Of a DNA stretch of 14,937 nt, positions 1 to 8,115 are shown in pieces. The position numbers and the translations under genes are program-made. The stretch is taken from assembly GCF_006345805.1 (NCBI RefSeq), contig NW_021825665.1, positions 1 to 14,937 of the forward strand. Direction: 5' to 3'. Under the pieces are notes generated by a model. That model was not told the DNA's origin, searched no databases, and saw only the letters and a program-made list of their open reading frames with translations. The DNA is from Octopus sinensis (taxonomy: Eukaryota). Numbering within the stretch: the stretch's first letter is position 1; each line of letters begins with the position of its first letter.

Positions 1-80
1 ATAGCATATACAATATAGATATCTATATCTATACTATATACTATGTGTATATACCCATATATATATAATCCTATTTTTTA

Positions 81-450
81 TTTGTTTATCATTGACTGCG
101 GCCATGCTGGAGCACCGCTTTTAGTCAAGCAAATATTGACCACAGGACTTATTCTTTGTAACCCTACTACTTATTCTATCGCTCTCTTTTGCTGAACTGC
201 TAAGTTATGAAGATGTAAACACACCAGCATTGGTTGTCAAGTGATGTTGGTGGGGACAAGCACAGACACACACATACATATATATACAGGATGGGCTTCT
301 TTCAGTTTCCCTCTACCAAATCCTCTCCCAAGGCTTAGGTCGGGATGAGGCTATAGTAGAAGACACTTGCCCAAGGTGCCATGCAGTGGGACTGACCCCC
401 AAAACCATGTGGTTGTTAAGCAAGCTACTTACCACACAACCATTCCTGCA
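81..450 (-). mobile_element. tRNA-derived SINE, family A, diverged near full-length copy
   Basis: Colinear with 1581-2024 (ttgactgcggccatgctggagcaccgc ... gaagacacttgcccaaggtgccatgcagtgggactga ... caagctacttaccacac). The Pol III box-like head lies at about 395-450 on the minus strand. Confidence 0.85.
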
Positions 451-842
451 TATTCCCAGATATATTCATCCAAATCCTTCAAAACACATACTCAGATATA
501 TACATACACATACATTTGCACAAGAACATCTCTGTGTGCATGCGCATGCACACATGTAGACCAATTGAGGCACCCACACACATACGACTTACATGCTCGT
601 TAAAGAGAGAAAGAGAGAGTAATTAAATGTTTCATGTGAAATTAATTAACTGATTATTGCAATCACAGTTGTTTCACTAAGCCAGCAACTAATTAAATCT
701 TAGAGTCATTTAGAAAACGATTTTCTCATCACTAATGTTAATTACAACTTCTTGCCTTACTACATTAACTATACTAATACATACTTGACTGTTAAGATTC
801 CATGCAGCAATGTCCCTGGGTTATTTTAAATTTATAACACCA

Positions 843-979
843 GGCATTGTTGTGTGGTTGTAAAGTTCACTTTGCGACTGAGTGGTTTCAGGTTCAGTTC
901 CACTGCATGGCACCACCCTGGGCCAGTCAAATACCTTCTACTATAGCTCTGGGCCAATCAAAGCCTTGTCAGTGGATTT
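843..979 (+). mobile_element. Family A SINE 5' fragment (head plus core-like part), plus orientation
   Basis: B-box-like ggttcagttcc at 891-901, then cactgcatggcacc...ttctactatagc...aaagccttgtcagtggattt. This is the reverse complement of the head region of 1581-2024. Confidence 0.75.
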
Positions 980-995
980 ATTTTTACTGTCTTTG

Positions 996-1117
996 GACTT
1001 TGGTCATGCTGGAGCATATGAACAAAGCAACATTGGTGGTTAACCAGTGGTAGGGAACATACACACACACTGGGCTTCTCCACAGTTTCCATCTACCAAA
1101 TTCACTCACAAGGCATT
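996..1117 (-). mobile_element. Family A SINE, internally deleted fragment
   Basis: gactttggtcatgctggagca (996-1016), a (CA)n run, and tgggcttctccacagtttccatctaccaaattcactcacaaggcatt (1071-1117) match blocks of 1581-2024. Confidence 0.75.
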
Positions 1118-1240
1118 AATGACTTGTAGACAAGTGGTAGTTCATTATGTAACCATTATATACCACAAAGTATGCTAAACTTTTTAGAAGTCAATATTGT
1201 GTTCTTCTGTGTTAGCAGTGCTCTTAAATCCCATCTTAAT

Positions 1241-1282
1241 GCCATCTCTACAGGTTTTCTGTGGAAAATCTGCAGAGATGGC
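1241..1282. other. 42-nt near-perfect inverted repeat (hairpin), flanked by TTAA on both sides
   Basis: GCCATCTCT-A-CAG-G-TTTTC [TGTG] GAAAA-T-CTG-C-AGAGATGGC gives a 19-bp stem with one mismatch and one G.T pair. TTAA at 1236-1239 and 1284-1287. Confidence 0.85.
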
Positions 1283-1387
1283 CTTAACACTAATCTAACT
1301 TTTTGTTAAGATATTTTGGATACGAAACGGAAGAATAAAATCATTGCTGGCTGTAATATCTATGGAAAATCTGTGGAGAGGATCTTA

Positions 1388-1501
1388 CCACAAGGCATTG
1401 GTGTTTTAAGCAAAAAGCACTTGCACAAACTACCTTGCAGTGGCATTGAACCTTTAATCATGAGATTGTAAAGAGATCTGAACCCTGAACCATACAGCCA
1501 T
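1388..1501 (-). mobile_element. Family A SINE, highly decayed 5' fragment
   Basis: Ordered blocks cacaaggcattggt / cacttgcacaa / gcagtggcattgaacc / accatacagcca match the family A head. Confidence 0.55.
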
Positions 1502-1580
1502 GTTTGTACCTACAGGAAAACTGCAAAAAGCTCATTGTGTGTGTATGTGCATGTGTGTGTATATATATATATATATATAC

Positions 1581-2024
1581 TCTTTAACTTGTTTCAGTCA
1601 TTTGACTGCGGCCATGCTGGAGCACCGCCTTTAGTCGAGCAAATTGACCCCGGGACTTATTCTTTGTAAGCCCAGTACTTATTCTATCGGTCTCTATTGC
1701 TGAACCGCTAAGTGACGGGGACGTAAACACACCAGCATCGGTTGTCAAGCAATGCTAGGGGGACAAACACACACACACAAACACATACACACACACACAC
1801 ACACACACATATATACAATACATATATATAAATATATATATATATTAATATATAATATACGAAGGGCTTCTTTCAGTTTCCGTCTACCAAATCCACTCAC
1901 AAGGCATTGGTCGGCCCGGGGCTATAGCAGAAGACACTTGCCCAAGATGCCACGCAGTGGGACTGAACCCAGAACCATGTGGTTGTTAAGCAAGCTACTT
2001 ACCACACAGCCACTCCTGCGCCTA
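1581..2024 (-). mobile_element. tRNA-derived SINE, family A, best-preserved copy (head, core-like block, internal CA/TA microsatellite, 3' domain)
   Basis: Minus strand: A-box TGGCTGTGTGG (2002-2012), B-box GGTTCAGTCC (1960-1969), then atcttgggcaagtgtcttc, which resembles the CORE-SINE motif accttgggcaagt. Internal microsatellite at about 1766-1858. Both ends abut (TA)n. Many CpGs are retained. Confidence 0.92.
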
Positions 2025-2031
2025 TATATAT

Positions 2032-2325
2032 ATCATCATCATCGTTTAACATCCACTTTCCATGCTGGCATGGGTTGTACAGTTTGACTGAAGACTGGCG
2101 AACCAGTAGGCTGCACCAGGCTCCAATCTGATCTGGCAAAGTTTCTACAGCTGGATTCCCTTCCTAACGCCAACCACTCCAGGAGTGTAGTGGCTGCTTC
2201 TATGTGCCACTGGCATGGGAGCCAATCCGCGGTCCTGGAAATGATCACGCTCAGATGTGCTTTTAACGTTCCACTAGTTCGAGTGACAATCAGCCAGTAC
2301 TGTCATCAGCCACGTCAGCGATTTT
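2032..2325 (-). mobile_element. Retroposon 3' end with (GAT)n tail, family D
   Basis: (ATC)n followed by gtttaacatccactttccatgctggcatgggttg...cagctggattcccttcctaacgccaacc. Colinear second copy at 14114-14381. Confidence 0.8.
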
Positions 2326-3084
2326 GAGGGTGTGATGGGTAAATTGTTGCCATTTTATATTTTTATTTTCACACATGCACATTGATTGTTTTTGACTTTG
2401 TTGACTACGCAGTACAGAAGGGTCAGTTGGGCACTGTCTGTGAGAAAAACAGCACCATGATGCAATTCAATCTGCCAGAAATTTGGAAACGACATGCTGT
2501 ACTGCTTGGCATTCATGCTGGAAGCTACAATATGAATGTGAGTGATAAAAATAAAACATCCAGTCAACAGCACTGGAGTGATCACTAGTGATGGAGGAGG
2601 TAGTGCTGCCCTGGGTCAAAAGGGTGGCTGCTCGAAGACCCTAGGTCTGACAACAGGACTCTGCACCATGCCACACAAGCAGGAGAACCCAGTCATGGTT
2701 GTCAGACAATTTCTGCAACCACATCACCCCTAACATCTGGCTGCCTAACTCCCCAGACTGCAACCCCCTTGATTATTATGTGTGGGGCGCAGTTGAGCGA
2801 GAGACCAACATTACTCCTTGTAACATCAAAGATGAACTGAAGGCAAGGATTATGGCAGCATTCACCAACTTAAACAAGGAGACCGTCCAGAAGAGTTGCA
2901 GGAGATTCTGAAATCATCTGGAGGCCGTGGTTGAAGCCGATGGCAATTTTGTTGAATAAATTTCCTCTTTAGTATTTCAAGATATTTTTATGTAATTTTG
3001 GAAAATTTACCTGTTAAAATCAGATGTGAGTGTTATTTTCATTTTTGCATAATTTAGATGACAATTTATTTATCACACTCTGTA
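2326..3084 (+). mobile_element. Tc1/mariner maT-type (DD37D) transposon, internal-deletion derivative
   Basis: Left TIR gagggtgtgatgggtaaattgt (2326-2347). Right TIR reverse complement cagagtgtgataaataaattgt (3061-3082), followed by TA (3083-3084). Contains transposase remnants. Confidence 0.88.
2457..2959 (+). pseudogene. DD37D transposase remnant (short N-terminus fused to catalytic C-terminus)
   Basis: N-term MMQFNLPEIWKRHAVLLGIHAG (2457-); KHPV..GVITSDG; then from 2591 MEEVVLPWVKRVAARRP*V*QQDSAPCHTSRRTQSWLSDNF...WLPNSPDCNPLDYYVWGAVE...RF*NHLEAVVEADGNFVE*. I count 37 residues between the QQD Asp and the PLD Asp. Three premature stops. Confidence 0.88.
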
Positions 3085-3882
3085 TATGTGTGTGTTTGTG
3101 AGTGTGTGTGTGTTTGTGTGTATATATGCATGTGTTTGTGTGTGTTCGTATGCATGTATGTATATATGTGCATGTTTGTGTGTATGTATATATGTATATA
3201 CGTGTGTGTGTGTATGTGTTTGTGTGTCCATGTCCATATGTATATGTATGTGTCTATGTATATATGTGCATGTTTGTATGTATGTGTGTACGTGCATATG
3301 TATATATATGTGTGTGTTTGTATGTGTCCATATGTATATATGCATGTGTTTGTGTATGTGTGTGTTCGTATGCGTGTATGTATATATGTGCGTGCTTGTG
3401 TGTATGTGTATATGTATATACATGTGTGTGTCCGTGTCTATATGTATATATGTGTGAGTTTGTATGTGTATATGTATATACATGTGTGTGTGTGTTTGTA
3501 TGTGTGTCCGTGTCCATATGTATATATGTGTGTGTTTGTATGTGTGTACGTATATATGTGCATGTTTGTATGTATGTGTGTATGTGCATATGTATATATA
3601 TGTGTGTGTGTGTGTTTGTGTGTGTTTATGTGTGTGTGTGTTTGTGTGTGTTTGTATGTGTGTGTGTTTGTATGTGTGTGTGTTTGTATGTGTGTGTCCA
3701 TATGTATATATGCATGTGTGTGTATGTTTGTGTTTGTATGTGTCCGTGTCCATATGTATATGTGTGTTTGTATGTGTGTCCGTGTCCATATGTATATGTG
3801 TGTGTTTGTATGTGTGTATGTATATATGTGCATGTTTGTATGTGCATATGTATATATGTGTGTGTGTGTTTGTGTGTGTATG

Positions 3883-3946
<64 letters not shown>

Positions 3947-3998
3947 TATATATATGTATGTGTGTATGTGCATATATATATGTGTGTGTGTGTGTGTG
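3083..3998. repeat. Complex (TG)/(TA)/(TATG) satellite array with higher-order subrepeats
   Basis: Almost purely T/G/A alternation with recurring tgtccgtgtccatatgtatat units. (TA)n with two GA interruptions at about 3886-3953. Confidence 0.97.
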
Positions 3999-4459
3999 TT
4001 ACATTGGTATTTCTCCCCAAATTGTTGAGATACAAGGTAGGATGTTGCCGTCATTTCCCCATCACCAAATCTTCAACTGGCTCATCACCTTTGAAGACAC
4101 GTGGAATAAGAAATCCCTTATGTGAATAAACTGTTAAGGGTTAACAACAGAAAGAGTGTCCAGCTGTAAAGCAATGGTTTAATAATATATTCAGCTGACT
4201 CATGCCGGCAGAGAAAGACAAAAGTAAAAAAACAAACATCACTCTGTATTTACTCACAAAAAAGTCCTAACATCTCTGAGATCACTCTAAGATCTAGCAG
4301 TTATGGTTACACTAGGCTTGGTTAATGAGGTCAAATAAGACTGAAACATACAGAGCATTGTCACTGTATGGCTAAAGATCAAACTCATTTCCCCACTGCA
4401 TTTCATAATTGATTTATTTTAGTTAATTGAAATTTTGTAGTTGTCTCTTTCCCATCTAC

Positions 4460-4593
4460 CATGGAGTAATGAGTCATTAAAGAATGCAGTTTTCACATCT
4501 GGATTTGTGTTTAGAGTTCAAATCCCACAAGGGTTAATTTTGCTTTCATCCTTTTAGAGATGATAAAATACCAGTTTTGTACTGGGGCCAATT
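4460..4593 (+). mobile_element. tRNA-derived SINE, family C (Deu/Nin-like central domain), decayed
   Basis: B-box gagttcaaatccc (4514-4526), then gctttcatccttt..gataaaataccag..actgggg. This resembles the Deu/Nin-domain motif ccttccatccttccgaggtcgataaaatgagtaccag as I recall it. Confidence 0.65.
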
Positions 4594-5124
4594 CTTCTCA
4601 TCTCTTTTTCACTTTCTCTCCCTCTCCCTCTTAAAGAATTCATTTGTGTTCAGATCTGGAAATGAATGGGTTCCACCATGTTTAAACAAAAGGTCCACAA
4701 CACTCCAATATGTCATGACATTGCCCCTACTACTGTATCAGGAATTGAGGCCTCAACAAAGGAAGTTGTCGACACTCCTGCTTCGTTTTTTTTTTTTTTA
4801 CTAAATTATATACTTCAATGCTGATTGTTCTAACGACTTACTTGTAATTTGAATAAATTAAAAATTTCTTACTTTACAACATCAAGTATACTAGGAACCA
4901 CTTGATTAGATTTAATTAAAGAGTTTTATTTTTATTCTTGTACAATTAATGCCACCCCATTGCGTGTCTGTGGAGTTTCATGTATCGTTGACATTTTCTT
5001 CTTAATTTTCCTCTTCATTCCGGTAATTTAGGCTGTTGTTTTTATTGTTATTGTTGCAAAATAAAATTGTTTTTGTTTTTTTACTAACGATAATTGCACA
5101 GTAATATTTAGAAATTATAAATAT

Positions 5125-5229
5125 ATGTGCACATGTGTGTGTGTGAGCATGTGTGTGTGCGTGTGCATGTGTGTGTGTGAGCATGTGTGTGTGTGTGTGC
5201 ATGTGTGTGCGTGTGCATGTGTGTGTGTA
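5125..5229. repeat. (TG)n minisatellite punctuated by gcat
   Basis: Repeated gcatgtgtgtgtgtga / gcatgtgtgtgcgtgt units. Confidence 0.9.
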
Positions 5230-5360
5230 TTGTGCTGTCAGATCAATTTATTCATTCCTTCCCAATGTTATTTGAATTAACATGAAAATAGTTTTCTCAA
5301 AGGGTTTATGTTTTGTTTTTTTGTAGCTCTGTTCTTTCTTCTAATCTTACACTTTATTAT

Positions 5361-5754
5361 CTTTTATCTTTTACTTATATCAGTCATTAGACTGTGGCCA
5401 TACTGGGGCACTGCAATGAAGAATGTTTTAGTCAAATAATGAACTCCAGGACTTATTTTTATCTTAAGCCTAGCACTTATTCTATTGATCTCTTTTGCCA
5501 AACTGCTATGTTTTAGGGACATAAACACACCAACACTGGTTGTCAGTTGGTGGTGGGTGACAAACAGATGCAAAGACACACATGCATGCATGCACACACA
5601 CACACACACACACAATGGCCTTTCAGTTTTGGTCTATCAAATCCACTGACAAGGCTTTAGTTAGTCTGAGGCTCTAGAAGACACTTGCCCAATTGGATGC
5701 CACCCAGAGCCATGTGACTGGGAAGCAAGCTTCTTACCACACAGCCACACCTGC
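5361..5754 (-). mobile_element. Family A SINE, diverged full-length copy
   Basis: cttttacttatatcagtcattagactgtggccatactgg ... gaagacacttgcccaa ... gcaagcttcttaccacacagccacacctgc. B-box region is deleted. Confidence 0.85.
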
Positions 5755-5814
5755 TTTTAATATTTGTATAAATTCTACCTCTTTTTCAGAAATATGATGA
5801 GGGAATACCAAGAA

Positions 5815-6063
5815 GAAAAGAAGAAATTTTGACACTGGCTTTTCTTTGTTTTCAATTGATGCTCCAAGCTGCAAAAGCTATTTTATAGATTTGTGCTGTG
5901 CATGGAAAAAGCACATTTACTAAATGAATTGCACAGAAATGGTTTTCAAACTTTAAGGAGGAGAAATTCAATGGAGATGGATTGAACCCACCCCCCTGCT
6001 AGGATTTGTAAACTGGAACAATGATGAACAACCTCGATTGATTTTACAAGGATGAAGATTACG
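5815..6063 (+). pseudogene. mariner transposase N-terminal (first HTH) remnant
   Basis: KF*HWLFFVFN..(frameshift)AAKAIL*ICAVHGKSTFTK*IAQKWFSNFKEEKFN (ICAVH from 5889). Resembles the mariner pattern ICxVYGExAxxERTxxxWFxxFKxGxF. Confidence 0.65.
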
Positions 6064-6355
6064 GTTGACTCAACAAATAGAGCAGCTGGCTTGTGAAATT
6101 AATGAGCAAGTGGCTGAGTACTCCACAGACATGCATCCTTTAATGTAGTTCTCAGAGAGATTCAGCATGACACTGAATGTAATCAGACTGGCTCCTCGCA
6201 AATTAAAGGTACAACTCATTCTTGTCAAATGAGTGGACTGGAGTAATGTGAAATAAAGTGTCTTGCTCAAGGACACGATATGCTGCTGGGAATCTAACTC
6301 AAGACCTTACAATCTTGAGCTGAATACCCCTAACCACAATGCCACAAACCTTCAC
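6064..6355 (-). mobile_element. tRNA-derived SINE, family B
   Basis: Minus strand: gtggcattgtggttagg (A-box-like), gagttagattcc (B-box-like), then gtgtccttgagcaagacactt (V/CORE-type conserved block). Colinear with 13073-13559 (gcaagtggctgagt.ctccacagaca, tgagtggact). Confidence 0.82.
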
Positions 6356-6655
6356 TAATCCCAAACAGCAGAGGAGAGAGATTAATCCCAGCTTAACAAG
6401 GGGCAACAGAAGTTGGTTGCAGGTTCATTAGGCCAGTTCAACCATAAAAGGAAAACAAAAACATAAAAAAAACAAGAATCTTGTTCAGCCAATTTGATAA
6501 AGAACACAAGAATGCTGAAGAACAAGTTAACCCTGTTAAAGAAAGGAGAATTGTTGACGGCAACGCTAATATTTGAAGCAACCAGTATGATGCAAAGGCA
6601 TCCATTCTGTCTAACAATCTGGCTCTTATTTCCGTTCGTTTTTTTTTCTTCTGTA

Positions 6656-6693
6656 GTTTCAGCTCTGAGCTGCAGCCATGCTGATGCACCGCC
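6656..6693 (-). mobile_element. Family A 3'-tail fragment
   Basis: gtttcagctctgagctgcagccatgctgatgcaccgcc versus gtttcagtcatttgactgcggccatgctggagcaccgcc (1591-1629). Confidence 0.6.
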
Positions 6694-6884
6694 GCTTAAT
6701 AACAGCTACAAAAACATATAATCATATTTTTCTAATTGATGCCATAAACCCCAATTATGTAGAACAGTGTGAAAGGGTCTGAGAAGTAAGAATTAATTTA
6801 TGTTAATGAGGATTGTCTGTCAGATGAAGTCAGAGTAATTAATTAATGCTTCAGTTGTTTTACAATCAATGTTAACAAGCCACG

Positions 6885-7050
6885 GAGGAAGCCTCTATGT
6901 GGTTGCTTGATCTGCTAGAAACAGCAGCAGAATACTACTGAAACCCACAAGAGCAGGACACATTGGATGATGTGAGTCCTCACAGCTGGAATGCAGCTGA
7001 TCATAGGCTTGTTCCAGTCTGGCTTAATCCAGGGCCAAACAATAAACAAC
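6885..7050 (+). mobile_element. Retroposon 3' fragment with (AAC)-rich tail, family E
   Basis: Blocks shared in order with 11071-11274: ggaagcctctatgtggt / ggaaggtctatgtggt, ggacacattg / ggatacattg, agggccaaacaa / agggctaaacaa. Confidence 0.6.
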
Positions 7051-7344
7051 ATCTAAATTGAACTATTATCTATTCTGATGTATCACTCATAGAGAGAGGA
7101 TGGCTAAGTAGGGACCGTATAGGATTAACTTGCTATAGGTTGTGAGTTCAAATCCACTACAGGCTTTTCCTAGTGTTTCTAGAGCATATTCTTCCATACT
7201 CTTCATTAATTCAATTAACCCAATTTTAAGGGTTCCTGGTAATCTCATTATCCAGGAAATATTTCCTGTGACAGAAGTTTCAAGACCCTATGCAAATGAG
7301 AATGGATTCAAATGTTTCAAACTGAGTCACTAATTACCCACAAT

Positions 7345-7386
7345 GCACAACTAATTTTACCTTATAAGGGGAAAAATTAGTTGTGC
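7345..7386. other. 42-nt near-perfect palindrome
   Basis: GCACAACTAATTTT (7345-7358) is the exact reverse complement of AAAATTAGTTGTGC (7373-7386). The centre holds the perfect palindrome CCTTATAAGG (7360-7369). Confidence 0.9.
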
Positions 7387-7419
7387 TTATTATTATCAGA
7401 TGTCTATATTTAATGACTG

Positions 7420-7971
7420 AGATTATAGTCCGTCCGCTTTTGTGAATCCTGCCAATAAAGCAAAAGCAGATGCTCTGATAAGAGAAGACAGGTGCATAAC
7501 TCTTGATGAGTTGGCTGAAAACCTTGGAGTGAGCCATGGAAGTGCTTACAACATTGTCGAATCACTTGGCTTTTCACAAGAGTGTGCCCGTTGGGTACTG
7601 AGAGAGCTGACTACCAAACGCAAGACTGACAGGGTCAATACCTGCAATCACCAGATTTAGCGCCTTCAGACTATCATCTCTTTGGCCCCATGAAAGAGGA
7701 TTTGAGAGGCAAACATTATTTTAGTGATGAGGAAGTGAAAACTGTAGTGAAGAAGTGGCTTAAAGAACAGTCAACAGAATTTTACGGGGCAGGGATACAT
7801 GCTCTCATTCAAAGGTGGAACATGGCTATTGAGAGAAATGGTGCCTATGTTGAGAAGTAGGGATGTGATCCACAGAGGACCAGCTTCATTTTGATGTATG
7901 ATACATGTTCCTGTGTTGGTAATTATACCTGTCCTAAACAAAATGGCATTACTTTTTGACTCACCCTCATA
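7420..7971 (+). mobile_element. mariner (DD34D-type) remnant: 5'-truncated, internally deleted, right TIR intact
   Basis: NPANKAKADALIREDRCITLDELAENLGVSHGSAYNIVESLGFSQECARWVLREL (WVPREL motif) joined to SPDLAPSDYHLFGPMKEDLRGKHY...IERNGAYVEK* (7648-7860). Right TIR tggcattactttttgactcaccctca (7944-7969) plus TA. Confidence 0.9.
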
Positions 7972-8039
7972 CATACACACACACATATTATCGGTTGCAC
8001 ATACACAATGTATGTGCTACATAACAGGAGCTGCTTTTG

Positions 8040-8077
8040 ATCCGTCCGTCCGTCCGTCCGTCCATCCATCCATCCAT

Positions 8078-8112
<35 letters not shown>
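8040..8112. repeat. Compound microsatellite (CCGT)n-(CCAT)n-(AT)n
   Basis: Directly visible. Confidence 0.95.

Positions 8113-8115
<3 letters not shown>

Noticed and set aside
700-735. Minus-strand GUGAUGA-GAAAA-UCG-UUUUC-UAAA resembling a hammerhead core
   Set aside because: Both C3 and G12 are wrong, the loop is 3 nt, and no stem I or III is found; likely chance in AT-rich DNA.
367-2248. Small ORFs 367-603, 847-1053, 1752-2087 and 2039-2248
   Set aside because: All lie within SINE/retroposon or microsatellite sequence; they are incidental open frames.
3058-4129. Long ORFs of 111-320 aa on both strands
   Set aside because: They are translations of the TG/TA satellite (C/V/M/Y or H/T/I/Y only), with no domain or codon structure.
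6438-6689. Hydrophobic minus-strand ORF (DAFASYWLLQILALPSTILL...)
   Set aside because: It starts inside a SINE tail fragment, has no coherent splice pair and no recognisable family, and hydrophobicity is expected from T-rich sequence.
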